Shown: one piece after another, positions 35,355 to 50,720 of the stretch
How positions within the stretch are numbered: the stretch's first letter is position 1
How the letters are laid out: every line of letters begins with the position of its first letter
Assembly (NCBI GenBank): GCA_963813715.1
Contig: CAWFAK010000005.1
Location: forward strand, 1 to 64,000
Direction: 5' to 3'
From: an uncultured Planctomycetaceae bacterium
Lineage (GTDB): Bacteria; Planctomycetota; Planctomycetia; Planctomycetales; Planctomycetaceae
Length of the DNA stretch: 64,000 bases
The notes under the pieces: generated by a model
The model's database searches: none
Told to the model about the DNA's origin: nothing
What the model saw: the letters and a program-made list of their open reading frames with translations, nothing else
Translations under genes and position numbers: made by a program

Positions 35355-35374
35355 TCGGGACTGGAGACCCTTCG

Positions 35375-35480
35375 ATGAAGATCGAAGTCCTCGCCGATGC
35401 GGTGCCCCACTAAGCGGCAGCGATCATCCGCCACTCAAGCTCGAGATGCGGTGATCGCGCGCGGGCGGTTCACCATAAAG
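35375..35480 (+). pseudogene. pgl: 6-phosphogluconolactonase N-terminal remnant
   Basis: RBS ggag, then MKIEVLADA...AAAII..QARDAVIARGRFTI read across shifts and a stop; only about 35 codons before ndh begins. Confidence 0.6.
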
Positions 35481-35501
35481 GCCCATACGAAGGATTAGGG
35501 C

Positions 35502-36818
35502 GTGACAGAGCGAGCACCCAATGTCGTGATCGTCGGCGGGGGTTTTGGCGGCCTGGCGGCCGCGAGAGCTCTCCGGAAAACGCCGGCGCGGATCACGTTA
35601 ATTGATCGCGAGAATCACCATCTGTTTCAGCCGCTGCTCTACCAGGTGGCCACCTGTGTCCTGACCCCGGAGCAGATCGGTTCACCGATCCGCGGGATTC
35701 TGCGTAAGCAACGGAACACAACGGTGATCCTGGGAAACGTCACAGGCGTGGACAAGGAGCGACAGTGTGTATTCGCCGACACGGCGGACAGAGAAAAAGT
35801 GCCGTTTCAGTATGACTATTTGATCGTGGCGACGGGCGCGACCCACAATTATTTCGGGCACAACGAATTTGAGACGTTCGCGCCCGGCTTGAAGACCCTG
35901 GCGGACGCCGTCGCAGTCCGGAACAAGATTCTCCAGGCGTTCGAGCAGGCTGAGGCCGAAGAAGACCCCAGCCGTCACCGGGACCTGCTGACGTTCGTTT
36001 TGGTCGGGGCCGGCCCCACCGGCGTGGAGATGGCCGCCGCGATCGCCGTGCTGGTGCGCACGACGCTGCAATCGGAGTTCCGGCGAATTGATCTGGCGTC
36101 AGCACGTATTGTGCTCGTCGATATGGCAAACAGGGTGCTGCCCCCATTTTCGACATCTCTTTCCGCGGCCGCGAAGAAGCGGTTGGAGAAGCTCGGAGTG
36201 GAAGTACGCCTGGGGCAGGGGGTGGATCAGATCGACCGAGATGGCGCCGTCGTGGCCGGCGAGCGCATTGCATCCAAGACGGTGATCTGGACTGCGGGTG
36301 TGACTGCCTCGCCAGCAGGCAAATGGCTGAACGTGGAAACCGATCGCGCCGGACGGGTACGAGTTCAGAGGGACCTCACGGTGCCGGGGTACCCGGAGAT
36401 CTTCGTGGTCGGCGATACCGGGTCGCTCGATCAGGACGGGAGGCCGCTGCCGGGCGTGGCCCAAGTTGCCATGCAGCAAGGGCGATATGCGGGAAAGCTG
36501 ATTCATCGGCGAGTGACCGGCAAACCCCCGGCCGGCCCGTTTCGTTACTTTGACAAAGGGAGCATGGCCGTAGTCGGAAAGGGCTTTGCCGTATTGCAAA
36601 GCCACAAGATCCGCACGAGCGGATTTCTGGCATGGCTGGCATGGGCAGCCGTGCACCTCGATTTCCTGGCGCAATCCAATCTTCGGTTGAGTGTCTTCCT
36701 GCAATGGGTTTGGACTGGCGTAACTGGGCAGCGAGGTTCGCGGCTGGTTGTGAACGATCCACTGGCTCTGGAGAGCCATCCGGAGCTGCCGATCTGTCGA
36801 GAATCAGCTTCTGAATGA
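35502..36818 (+). CDS. ndh: type II NADH:quinone oxidoreductase
   Basis: VVIVGGGFGG, HHLFQPLLYQVAT, VGAGPTGVEMA, WTAGV, PGVAQVAMQQG, FRYFDKGSMA. Confidence 0.92.
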   Translation: MTERAPNVVIVGGGFGGLAAARALRKTPARITLIDRENHHLFQPLLYQVATCVLTPEQIGSPIRGILRKQRNTTVILGNVTGVDKERQCVFADTADREKVPFQYDYLIVATGATHNYFGHNEFETFAPGLKTLADAVAVRNKILQAFEQAEAEEDPSRHRDLLTFVLVGAGPTGVEMAAAIAVLVRTTLQSEFRRIDLASARIVLVDMANRVLPPFSTSLSAAAKKRLEKLGVEVRLGQGVDQIDRDGAVVAGERIASKTVIWTAGVTASPAGKWLNVETDRAGRVRVQRDLTVPGYPEIFVVGDTGSLDQDGRPLPGVAQVAMQQGRYAGKLIHRRVTGKPPAGPFRYFDKGSMAVVGKGFAVLQSHKIRTSGFLAWLAWAAVHLDFLAQSNLRLSVFLQWVWTGVTGQRGSRLVVNDPLALESHPELPICRESASE

Positions 36819-36965
36819 CGACAATCACATGGAAATCGAGTGAGTCCCACAATCATCGTCTCGGCCAACCGAGTCCCGTGCTTTGGATAGATCGTCTTCA
36901 ATACCCCTGATCCGGCGGTGAGAACTCACGCGAGGACGTGTGACCTGATGAGAAAGGTTACCTCG

Positions 36966-39483
36966 ATGGACACAACGAAGATGGCAGCGTCTCCGAAGTC
37001 AACTGGAACCCGCGACACAGCGAGCCTCCTCCGCCAATACGGATGCGGCCCATTTGAATTTTCGGGAAACGTCAACGCGCTCTACGACCGACACCTCGCC
37101 TTCGACAATGTCGTCAAGTTGACCGAGTCCCGCCCGCGCGAGCGATTTGAGGCCTTCGCCCGCTCCGTACGGGACATCCTTTCGCAGCGATGGGTGCAAA
37201 CCGAGGAGACGTACGAGCAAGAGAACCCGAAGCGCGTCTACTACCTCTCGATGGAGTTTCTCATCGGCCGCTCCCTGGCGAACAATGTCACGAACCTCTT
37301 TCTGGATCAACTCGCAACGCAAGCTGCCAAGCAGAAGAACATCGATTGGCTCAACCTGCTCGAACAGGAACCCGACGCGGGCCTGGGTAACGGGGGGCTC
37401 GGGCGTCTGGCGGCTTGCTTCCTCGACTCGATGGCCACGATGCAGCTCCCGGCCATGGGCTACGGCCTGCGTTATGAGTACGGCATGTTCCGGCAAACCA
37501 TCCAGGACGGTTGGCAGCAGGAACAGCCGGACAATTGGCTTCGCCGCCCCGACCCCTGGGAAGTCGCTCGGCCGCAAGAGCCTGTGGAAGTCAAGCTGAA
37601 CTGCTCGTTCGAGGTACGTGGAGGGACTCTGCGCGCAGTCGCTGGCAAGCCGTCCAGCTCTGATCGGCATTCCCTTTGATCGGCCGGTCGTCGGTTACGG
37701 CGGCAAAACCATCAATACGCTGCGGCTCTGGGCCGCGGCGGCGCCGGATTACTTCGACTTTCAGCGATTCAGCGGCGGCGATTTCGTCGGTGCGTTGGCC
37801 GAAACGCTCGATGCCGAATCCCTCACCCGCGTGCTGTATCCGGACGACTCCACGACTCAGGGGCAGGGATTGCGCTTCGTCCAGGAATATTTTCTGGTCG
37901 CCTGCTCCCTGGCTGATCTCGTGCGTCGCTTCCGGCGAGGCAACTCCGACTGGAACCTGCTTCCAGAAAAGGTCGCGATCCAGCTCAACGATACGCACCC
38001 CAGCACTGGCGGTGCCCGAGCTGATGCGGATCCTGCTGGACGAAGCGCATCTGGGCTGGGACCAGGCCTGGGATCTCACGCAAAGAACGCTCGCGTACAC
38101 GAACCACACACTCTTACCGGAAGCTCTGGAGAAATGGCCCGTCGCGTGGTTCGAGATCTTGCTGCCGCGGCATCTGGAGATCATCTACGAAATCAATCGC
38201 CGCCTGCTCGACGCGGTTCGGACCCGTTTTCCCGGGGACGAGGGCCGCGTCGCGCGTGTGAGCCTGATCGAGGAAGGCCCGACCAAGCACGTCCGCATGG
38301 CGAACCTGGCCATCGTCGGCTCGCACAGCACCAACGGCGTGGCCGCGATTCACACCCGGCTGCTGCGCACGACGACCGTCAAGGATCTGGCGGAGATGTT
38401 TCCCGAACGCTTCAGCAACAAGACCAACGGCGTTACGCCGCGGCGCTGGCTGTTGCTTGGCAAATCCGGTGCTGGCCCGCACGATCACCGAAGCCATCGG
38501 CGACAAATGGATGACGGATCTCGATCAATTGAGCAAACTGAAACCGCTTGCCGACGACAAGGATCTTCGCAATGCATTCCCTAAGGCCAAGCGCGAGGCC
38601 AAAGCGCGGTTCGCCGATTGGCTCAAGACAACGTCCGGCCAGATCGTAGACCCGGACAGATCTTCGACTGCCAGATCAAGCGCATCCATGAATACAAACG
38701 GCAACTGCTCAATGTGCTGCGGATCGTGGTGCTCTACAACCGACTGCGGGCGAACCCGGATCTCGAAGATGGCTCCGCGGACGTTCTTCTTCGCGGGCAA
38801 GGCGGCGCCCGCCTACCATCTCGCCAAGGTCATTATCAAGTTCATCAATAACCTGGCCGACACGGATCGACAGCGACCCCGTGACGAAGGGCAAAATCAA
38901 AGTCCTGTTCCTGCCCGAATATAACGTCAGTCTCGCCGAGCGGCTAATTCCTGCCAGCGACGTCTCCAATCAGATCTCGACGGCCGGTTACGAGGCCAGC
39001 GGCACGAGCAACATGAAGTTCATGATGAACGGGGCCCTGACGCTCGGCACGCGCGATGGTGCAACCATCGAAATGGCGGAGGAGGCCGGCGAGGACAACT
39101 TCTTTCTGTTCGGCCTGACGGCAGAACAGGTCGCGAGCAGCCGGGGCTGGTACAACCCCCGCTGGCACTACGAGCACGAATCGGAAACCCGCGCGGCGCT
39201 GGACCTGATTTTCTCCGACCATTTCAGCCGCCAATGAGCCAGGTGTCTTCGCTCCGCTGTACGAGACGCTCTGCTGACGAGCGGCGACTACTACATGCAC
39301 CTGGCCGACCTGAAGTCTTACCTGGAGGCCGATCAGCGGCTGGTCGAGCTCTATGCCGAGCCGGACGCCTGGGCCCGAAAGGCGATCCTGAATGTGGCCG
39401 GCTCGGGAAAATTCTCCAGCGACCGCACCATCGCCGAGTACGCGGCCGGCATTTGGAACGTGGAGCCATGTCCAATTCCCTAA
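36966..39483 (+). CDS. glgP: glycogen/alpha-glucan phosphorylase (frameshifted)
   Basis: [69 protein letters not shown]. Confidence 0.95.
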
Positions 39484-39600
39484 ATCCGAGGTCAATGGCC
39501 AGTCGTAAACGGCATTAAACCGGATGGCTGATCGTGAAGGGCGATGTCGAGCCTCCGGGTAACTTGCGAGGTCTTTGCCTTCAACTTTGGGTGTCGACTC

Positions 39601-40196
39601 ATGAACGGGACACTTCCGGTCGTTTATCTGGCGAGGCACGGCGAAACCGCTTGGAGCCTGACGGGCCAGCATACGGGACTAACCGATCTGCCGCTGACGG
39701 AACGAGGAGAGCGCAACGCTCGCAGTCTGGGCGAACGACTCAAGGGGCTGACGTTCTCGATGGTCGCCACGAGCCCCCTGAACGCGCGGCCCGGACCTGC
39801 GAATTGTCGGGGTTCAAAGCCAAGGCCGAGATCGATCGCGATCTTCTCGAATGGGACTACGGCCAATATGAGGGCCGCCAAACTGTGGAGATCCATGCCG
39901 CGCGGCCCGATTGGCAACTTTTCCGCGACGGCTGCCCCGGAGGAGAATCGCCGGATCAGGTCGGTGTGCGAGCCGACCGCGTTGTGAGTCGAGTGCGCGC
40001 GATCCAGGGGGACGTGCTGCTGTTTTCCAGTGGGCATTTTTTGCGCGTGCTCGCCGCCCGATGGCTCGGTCTGGAAGCCGAGGCCGGAAAGTATTTCTTG
40101 CTGAGCACGGCAAGCCTAAGTGCGCTCGGTTACGAACATAACCGTTCTCAACCCGTGGTTCGATTGTGGGACGATACCCGTCATGTAGAGCTGTGA
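39601..40196 (+). CDS. histidine phosphatase / phosphoglycerate mutase family protein (frameshifted)
   Basis: [33 protein letters not shown] in place of the usual xHG. Confidence 0.88.
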
Positions 40197-40258
40197 CCAT
40201 TGCCGAGTATGCGACCGAGACGGTCGTGCTCGGCGTGGCAACTCAGAAAGGATAAATC

Positions 40259-41941
40259 GTGGCGATCTCCCCCCTCGCCGGTAAACCGGCGCCGAAGGAG
40301 TTGCTCGTCGATGTGACGCGGCTTGAACAAGAGTATTTCAAGCGCCGCCCTGAGATGAGTGATCCCAATCAGCGGGTCAGCTTCGGCACTAGCGGCCACC
40401 GCGGAACCCCGCTACGAGGCACTTTCACCGAGGCCCACATCCTGGCCATCACCCAGGCGATCTGCGACTACCGGCGCAGCCAGGGTGCGGACGGTCCTCT
40501 CTTCATGGGTAAGGACACTCATGCATTGTCCGGTCCGGCTCAGCGCACCGCGCTCGAGGTCTTGGCGGGCAACGGAGTGGAGACCATCATCCAGCGGGAC
40601 GACGGCGTCACTCCGACTCCGGTCATTTCTCGGGCCATCCTCGTCTACAACACCAAGCGCAGCGAACACTTCGCGGATGGCATCGTCATCACGCCGTCGC
40701 ACAACCCTCCGGAAGATGGTGGCTTTAAGTACAACCCAACCAACGGCGGACCGGCCGACACCGAAGTGACAAAGTGGGTCGCAGGACCGGGCGAACGAGT
40801 TGCTGCGGAACAGCAATGCAGCGGTGAAGCGAGTCCCTTTCGAAAGAGCGATCAAGGCACCGACCACGCATCACGAAGATTTGGCCCTCCCCTATGTCAA
40901 CGATCTGCGCAACGTCGTCGACATGGACGCCATTCGCAGTGCCGGTCTCGTGCTCGGCGTCGATCCACTTGGCGGTGCGGCGGTGCACTACTGGGAGCCG
41001 ATCAACGAAGTCTACGGCCTAAACATTCATGTGGTGAACCCTCAGGTGGATCCGACTTTCAAGTTCATGACGGTCGACCACGACGGCAAGATCCGCATGG
41101 ACTGCTCCAGCCCCTACGCGATGGCCCGGCTCGTTGCCCTCAAGGATCAATACCGCGTCGCTTTCGGCAACGACCCCGACTCGGACCGCCACGGCATTGT
41201 CACGCCGACCGCGGGGTTGATGAACCCCAACCATTACCTGGCCGTCGCCATCCAGTACTTGCTCACGCATCGCCCGCATTGGGCGAAGCAAGCCGCGGTC
41301 GGCAAGACGCTGGTCAGCAGCAGCATGATCGACCGGGTGGTGCAGAAGCTCGGCCGGCGGCTGAATGAGGTGCCGGTCGGTTTCAAGTGGTTCACGCCGG
41401 GCCTCTTCGACGGCTCGTGCTGCTTCGGCGGCGAGGAGAGTGCCGGGGCGAGCTTTCTGCGGCACGACGGCAACGTGTGGACGACCGACAAGGACGGTCC
41501 CATCATGGACTTGCTGGCGGCCGAGATCACTGCCCAGACGGGCAAAGACCCTGGCGAACACTATCGGGAACTGACGAGCGGAATTCGGCACACCGTACTA
41601 CACGCGGATTGACTGCGCCAGCGACACCGGAACAAAAGGCGCTGCTTCAGCGACTCACGCCGGAGGCCGTCGAGGAGTCGGAGCTGGCCGGCGAACCGAT
41701 AACGGCCACGCTGACTCGCGCCCCGGGCAACAACGCTCCGATCGGCGGCCTGAAAGTCGTGGCCGCCAACGGCTGGTTCGCCGCCCGGCCCTCCGGCACG
41801 GAAAACATTTACAAGATCTATGCGGAAAGCTTCAAAGATCAGGACCACCTCGACGCGATCGTGAGCGAGGCGCAGGAGATCGTGAGCAAGGCCCTGAACT
41901 CTTCCGAACCAGTTTCCCGGCAGACGGCAGGACGGCCATGA
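40259..41941 (+). CDS. pgm: phosphoglucomutase (frameshifted)
   Basis: [63 protein letters not shown]. Confidence 0.95.
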
Positions 41942-43500
41942 GCGACAACGGCCAGACGACGAGCTTATCCCCTTCCCGCCGGGATACCGCGCGTCCGGCG
42001 TGCTGCTGCATGTCACGTCGCTCCCCTCGCCATACGGTATTGGCGACCTGGGCCCGACCGCGCTCGCGTGGGTCGACCGTCTCTATGAGGCGGGCCAATC
42101 CTGGTGGCAAGCGTTGCCGCTGGGACCCACGGGGTACGGCAACTCCCCCTATCAATCCTTGTCCTCGTTCGCGGGAAATTGGCTCCTCATCAGTCCGGAG
42201 AGCCTGATGGCGGACGGTCTGTTGCGGGCGAGCGACGTCGCGGGCCAGTCCTTCTCGGAAACGGCTGTCGATTACGACGCGGTCATCTCGTTCAAACGTC
42301 GGTTGCTGGAAACGGCCTGGACCAACTTCAACGCCGGGGCCGGACGTGACCTTAAGCTCGCCTTCGAGCAATTCCGTAATGACCAGGCGCACTGGCTCGA
42401 CGATTACGCCTTGTTCCGGGCATCTGAAATCCAAATATCGCAGCGAGTCTTATCTCGAGTGGCCGGCCGAGCTGGTCCGGCGGAGCCCGGCCGCCCTGGC
42501 CGAGGCCCGGCGAGACCTGTCGAGCCAAATCGAACAGGCTTGCCTGGCGCAGTTCCTCTTGTTTCGCCAGGGGGAGCGCCTGAAGGAACATGCCCACGCC
42601 AAGGGAGTGACGCTTAATCGGCGACCTTCCCTTTTTCGTTTCTCCCGACTCGAGCGACGTGTGGGCCAACCCGGAGCTGTTCCTGCTGGACGAACAGCGC
42701 CGGCCGCGATTCGTCGGCGGGCGTCCCTCCCGATTACTTCAGCTCGCAAGGCCAGCTCTGGGGCAATCCCGTCTATGACTGGGAGGCGCATCGTCGGACC
42801 GGCTATCGATGGTGCATCGACCGCCTGCGTGCGTTGCTGGCTCACGTCGACCTGATTCGCCTGGACCATTTTCGTGGGTTCGCTGCCGCCTGGCACATAC
42901 CCGCCGGAGCGCCGACGGCCCAGTCGGGCCAATGGGTTCCCGGCCCGGGCGCCGAGTTCTTCAGCGCGGTCCAGAAAGAGCTCGGCGCTCTGCCGTTCAT
43001 CGCGGAGGACCTGGGGTTCATCACGCCGGACGTGTATGCACTCCGCGACCAGTTTCACGTGCCCGGGACACGAGTCCTCCAGTTCGCCTTCGACGGCAGT
43101 CCCGACAACCCGTATCTCCCTCACAACTACGTTCCCAATACGGTCGTGTACACCGGGACCCACGACAACAACACCACGCGCGGCTGGTTCGACGAGTTGC
43201 CCGATAACCAGCGGCAAAACCTGTGGAATTACCTCAAGCAACCCACGGGCGCGAGTGGCGAGGCCGCAGCGGCGTTGTTGCAACTGGCGTGGTCGTCCGT
43301 GGCGGCGCTCGCGCTGGCTCCTCTCCAGGATCTGCTCAACCTCGGGGCCGAGGCCCGGATGAACGTCCCGGGCCGCGTCGACGGGAACTGGCGTTGGCGC
43401 TGCACCGAGGACATGCTGTCCGCCTCCTCTTTTGAATGGTTGCGCGACTTGACGAAAAGCTCCGAACCGTTCGCCCGTCCACCAATCAAATCAGTTCTCT
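41938..43500 (+). CDS. malQ: 4-alpha-glucanotransferase (frameshifted; stop approximate)
   Basis: [55 protein letters not shown]. Confidence 0.93.
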
Positions 43501-43523
43501 CTAGAAACGAGAGAGACGACAAA

Positions 43524-44609
43524 ATGAAAGCGACTCAAAAGCTCCATGATCTCGGCCAGAGTCTGTGGCTCGACAACATTACGCGTGACCTGCTCACCAG
43601 CGGAACGCTCCAACGCTACATCGATGAGCTTTCGGTGACGGGGCTGACCTCGAATCCGACGATCTTCGACCATGCCATCAAGAACAGCACCGCCTACGAC
43701 GGTGCGATTCGCAAGAAGCTCCGGGAAGGCAAGTCGGGGGAACAACTCTTCTTCGACCTGGCGCTCGAGGACATTACTCAGGCCGCCGATCTGTTTCGAC
43801 CGGTTTGGGAGAAGACAAACGGAGTGGACGGCTGGGTGTCGCTGGAAGTGTCACCCCTTCTGGCCCACGACACGGCCAGCACTCTGGCGGCGGCCAAGGA
43901 ACTGCATGCCCGCGCGGCGCGACCCAACGTCTTCATCAAGATCCCCGGCACCAAAGAAGGTGTTCCGGCCATTGAAGAAGCGATCTTTGCCGGGATCCCG
44001 ATGAACGTGACGCTCCTCTTCTCGCGGGAGCACTACGTAGCGGCTGCCGAGGCGTTCCTGCGCGGCATCGAGCGACGGATTGACGCGGGACTCAAGCCCG
44101 ACGTCGGTTCCGTAGCGTCAGTGTTCATCAGCCGCTGGGATGGCGCGGTCATGGGCAAGGTCCCTGAATCGCTGAACGACCGGTTGGGGATCGCCGTCGC
44201 CCAGCGCACCTACAAGGCCTACCGACATTTGCTCGACTCGCCGCGCTGGCAGCGTGCCTACAACGCCGGCGCGCGGCCGCAACGCCTGCTCTGGGCCAGC
44301 ACGGGAACCAAGGATCCCAAGGCCTCGGACGTCCTGTACATCAAGGCCCTTGCCGCCGCGTTCACGGTGAACACCATGCCGGAGGGGACGTTGAAAGCTC
44401 TGGCCGACCACGGTGAGATCGGCCAAATGCTTCCGTCAGATGGCGGCAACTGTGAGGCCACCTTGGCGGAGTTCGCCAAGTCCGGAATCGACGTCGGCGC
44501 CCTGGCCGCCCAGCTCCAGGACGAGGGAGCAAAATCGTTCGTGAAGTCGTGGAACGAACTGCTGGCGGTGATTGCGGCCAAGACCGCCTCACTCGCGAAG
44601 GCCGGTTAA
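43524..44609 (+). CDS. tal: transaldolase
   Basis: GQSLWLDNI, GLTSNPTIF, VSLEVSP, IKIPGT, NVTLLFS, SVFISR, LWASTGTK. Confidence 0.95.
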   Translation: MKATQKLHDLGQSLWLDNITRDLLTSGTLQRYIDELSVTGLTSNPTIFDHAIKNSTAYDGAIRKKLREGKSGEQLFFDLALEDITQAADLFRPVWEKTNGVDGWVSLEVSPLLAHDTASTLAAAKELHARAARPNVFIKIPGTKEGVPAIEEAIFAGIPMNVTLLFSREHYVAAAEAFLRGIERRIDAGLKPDVGSVASVFISRWDGAVMGKVPESLNDRLGIAVAQRTYKAYRHLLDSPRWQRAYNAGARPQRLLWASTGTKDPKASDVLYIKALAAAFTVNTMPEGTLKALADHGEIGQMLPSDGGNCEATLAEFAKSGIDVGALAAQLQDEGAKSFVKSWNELLAVIAAKTASLAKAG

Positions 44610-44642
44610 CGAGGGTCGCCACGTATTACACCTGCAACGTGA

Positions 44643-47146
<2,504 letters not shown>

Positions 47147-47190
47147 AACTCGCCGCGTGCACAAACTGTTCTGAGAAAGAAGGAGGAGAC

Positions 47191-47671
47191 ATGCGTGTGG
47201 GAATTGCTTCCGATCACGGTGGATTTGTCTTGAAGGAGGATTTAGTCACGAAGCTCCGCGCAGCGGGACATGAAGTGGTCGATTTCGGCGCTTATCAACT
47301 GAGCCAGGGCGACGACTATCCGGACTTCGTCGTCCCTCTCGCCCGAGCCCTGGCAGCGGGGGAAGTTGGACCGGGGGACGGCGGTCTGCGGCAGCGGAGT
47401 CGGCGCGTCGATCTGCGCCAACAAGGTTCCGGGAGTCCGCGCCGCGCTGATCGAAGATCACTTCTCGGCTCGACAGGGGGTCGAGGACGATCACATGAAC
47501 CTCCTCTGTCTGGGAGGCCGCACCATCGGACCGGCCGTGGCCTGGGACCTCGTCCAGACGTTCCTGGCCGCCGAGTTCAGTCAGGCCGAGCGACACTTGC
47601 GTCGCTTGGGCAAGGTGGCTTCCTTGGAAGCCCACGAATCGACCGAGCAATCCCAAAGGAGAGGCCCATGA
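47191..47671 (+). CDS. rpiB: ribose-5-phosphate isomerase B (frameshifted)
   Basis: GIASDHGG, DDYPD, CGSGVGASICANK.PGVRAA, NLLCLGGR, RH.RR..K; RBS aaggagg. Confidence 0.93.
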
Positions 47672-49762
47672 CGAACGAGCAATTGGATCAATTGTCGATC
47701 AATACCATCCGCACGCTGTCGATGGACGCCGTGCAGCAAGCCAAGTCTGGACATCCCGGCACGCCGATGGCGCTCGCGCCGATGGTCTACACGATCTGGA
47801 ACCGCGCGATGTCCTTCGATCCCCAGGACCCGATCTGGCCCAACCGTGATCGGTTCGTGCTCTCCAACGGCCATGCCTCGATGCTGCTCTGGTCGGTGCT
47901 CCATCTCACCGGGACCCAGGCGGTGAACGCGGACTACGAGCGGCTGGGGCGGCCGTCGGTTTCGCTCGACGATATCCGGCGTTTTCGTCATCTCGACAGC
48001 AAGGCTCCGGGCCATCCGGAGTATCACTGGGTCTCAGGCGTCGAGACGACGACCGGTCCGCTCGGACAGGGGATTGCGACCAGCGTGGGAATGGCCATCG
48101 CTCAAAAATGGCTTGCCCAGCGCTACAACCGGCCGGGCTTCGACATCTTCGACTACCACATCTATGCCGTTTGCGGGGACGGCTGCATGATGGAAGGGGT
48201 GGGGTCGGAGGCGGCGTCACTGGCGGGCCACCTGGGTCTGGACAACCTCTGTTGGGTTTACGACAACAACCACATCACCATCGAGGGAAACACGCGAATC
48301 GCTTTCACGGAGGACGTCGCGGCCCGCTTCCTGGGATACGGCTGGAACGTCCTGCGAGTCGGGGACGCCAACGACATCGATCGCATCGAACCACGCCCTG
48401 GAGGTCTTCCGGCAGACGAAGGGCCGACCCACCTTCCTCATCCTCGACAGCCATATCGGCTACGGTGCCCCACACAAGCAAGACACAGCGGAGGCCCACG
48501 GCGAGCCGCTCGGCGACGAAGAGATCCGCCTTGCCAAGCGCAATTACGGCTGGCCGGAGGACGCGAAGTTCCTGGTCCCCGACGGCGTCCGCGAGCACTT
48601 CGCGGCCGGCGTGGGCGCGCGCGGCGCGGAGGCGAGGCGCCGCTGGACCGAGCTGTTCGCCTCCTATCGAGGCAAGTATCCGGAACTCGCGGCCGAGGTG
48701 GACCAGATGGAACGGCGCGAACTGCCGACCGGGTGGGACCGCAACCTTCCCCTCTTTCCGGCCGACCCGAAGGGAATCGCCGGGCGAGAAGCCTCGGGCA
48801 AGGTGCTCAACGTGCTGGCGCAGAACATCCCGTGGTTCCTGGGGGGCTCAGCGGATCTCGGCCCGTCAAACAAGACCACGCTGAAGTACGACGGGGCGGG
48901 AGACTTCCAGGCCGACACCCGGGCGGGAAAAACCTGCATTTCGGTATTCGTGAGCACGCGATGGCGGCGATCGTGAACGGGCTCGCGCTGTCCAAGCTAC
49001 GACCCTTCGGGGCAACTTTCTTCATCTTCAGCGACTACGCACGCCCCGCCATTCGTCTTTCGGCCCTCATGGAATTGCCCACCCTCTTTGTCTTTACGCA
49101 CGACGCCATGGGTGACGGTGAAGATGGCCCGACGCATCAGCCGGTGGAGCAGCTCCTGTCGTTGCGCGCCGTTCCCGGGCTGGTCACACTTCGGCCCGGC
49201 GACGCCAACGAGGTCGTTGAGGCCTACCGCTACATCCTTCAGTTGCGGCATCAGCCGGCCGTCCTCGCGCTGTTCGCGCCAGCCGTTGCCCACCCTGGAT
49301 CGGAGCCGGTATGCGCCGGCCTCCGGAGTGGCCCGCGGCGCTTACGTACTCGCCGACGCCCCAGCGGGGAACCCTGAAGTGATCCTCATCGCTACAGGCA
49401 GTGAAGTCGCTCTCGCCGTCGAGGCCCACGAGAAGCTTGTGGCCGAGGGCGTTCGCTCGCGCTTGGTCTCGATGCCGTCGTGGGACATCTTCGAACACCA
49501 GACGCAGGAGTACCGAGACAGCGTGCTGCCCCCCGGAGTCAAGGCCCGCGTCGCCGTGGAACAGGCCTCCACGCTGGGATGGGAACGCTATGTTGGCCCG
49601 ACGGGCCGCGTCATCGGCATGAAGACGTTCGGCGCCTCGGCGCCGCTCAAAGAGCTCCAGAGGAAATTCGGCTTCGAACCCGACACGGTCGTGGCGGCCG
49701 CGAAGGAGCAACTGGGGAATAAGGATTCGTTCGTAAGTATTCCGCTGGAGGTCACCGCGTGA
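47668..49762 (+). CDS. tkt: transketolase (frameshifted)
   Basis: SGHPGTPM, DRFVLSNGH, TTGPLGQG, GDGCMMEG, FGIREHAM, GEDGPTHQP, FGASAP. Confidence 0.95.
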
Positions 49763-50667
49763 ATCTCGCAAGCGTCCCACAGTTGGACCGCCGGTTTGGA
49801 ATTCCGGGCATCGCTCGAGTTGTCGAGGGGCACGGCGGCCTGGCAAAAGTAGAGATCACCACCCCAGCAGCCGCGGGCGAGATGTACCTTCATGGAGCGC
49901 ATGTGACCTCTTGGCAACCACAGGGCGTTGAAGAAGTGCTTTTCGTCAGCAGCCAATCTCGCTGGGAGGATGGCCGCGCCATTCGAGGAGGCATTCCCAT
50001 CTGCTTCCCGTGGTTTGCCAATAAAGCAGACGACCCGAGCGCACCGGCGCACGGATTCGTGCGCACAAAGTCTTGGCGGCTTGAATCAATTGTGCAAAAC
50101 GGCGATGCGGTCACGATCGCCATGTCCACCCAGAGCGACGCCGGCACGAAGAAATGGTCGCCGATTGACTTTCATCTGCTCCATCGCGCCACCTTTGGTC
50201 TCGAGCTGCAGCTTGAGCTCGTTGTGACGAACACAGGACCGACCGAACTGCGCTTCGAAGAAGCTCTGCATTCCTACTTCCGAGTGGGACAAATCGAGAA
50301 GGTTCGTTTGCAGGGACTGGACAAAGTCACCTATCTCGACAAGACGGACCTGAATCGTGAGAAGACGCAGCACGGGGCTGTTGCGTTCGGGTCGGAGACG
50401 GATCGTGTCTACCTGAATACGCGGCAGACGATCGATCTGGAAGATGACTCCTTCAATCGGCACATTCACATCGTCAAAGCGAACTCACTCACGACCGTTG
50501 TGTGGAACCCGTGGGTGCAAAAGGCCCGAAATCTGTCAGACTTTGGGGATGACGAATGGATGTATATGGTTTGCGTTGAGACCAGCAACGTCTCTGATTT
50601 CGCCGTGAAGCTCGCGCCAGGCCAAGAGCACACGATGCGAGCCATTGTCCGGACGAGTGATCGATGA
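49759..50667 (+). CDS. D-hexose-6-phosphate mutarotase (aldose 1-epimerase family)
   Basis: GAHVTSW, AIRGGIPICFPWF, HGFVR, ALHSYF, VVWNPW, MVCVE. Confidence 0.92.
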   Translation: MNLASVPQLDRRFGIPGIARVVEGHGGLAKVEITTPAAAGEMYLHGAHVTSWQPQGVEEVLFVSSQSRWEDGRAIRGGIPICFPWFANKADDPSAPAHGFVRTKSWRLESIVQNGDAVTIAMSTQSDAGTKKWSPIDFHLLHRATFGLELQLELVVTNTGPTELRFEEALHSYFRVGQIEKVRLQGLDKVTYLDKTDLNREKTQHGAVAFGSETDRVYLNTRQTIDLEDDSFNRHIHIVKANSLTTVVWNPWVQKARNLSDFGDDEWMYMVCVETSNVSDFAVKLAPGQEHTMRAIVRTSDR

Positions 50668-50720
50668 ATCGGGCGTAACCTTGCCGAACAAATTCTACCG
50701 AAGCAGGTTCGAATCGCACG

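Noticed and set aside
42834..44609. MalQ-transaldolase fusion ORF
   Set aside because: tal has its own start at 43524 with a purine-rich leader; read-through is best explained by an indel near the malQ stop.
47191..49377. RpiB-transketolase fusion ORF
   Set aside because: RpiB continues in another frame to its own stop at 47671, overlapping the tkt ATG, which has an RBS; a frameshift artefact.
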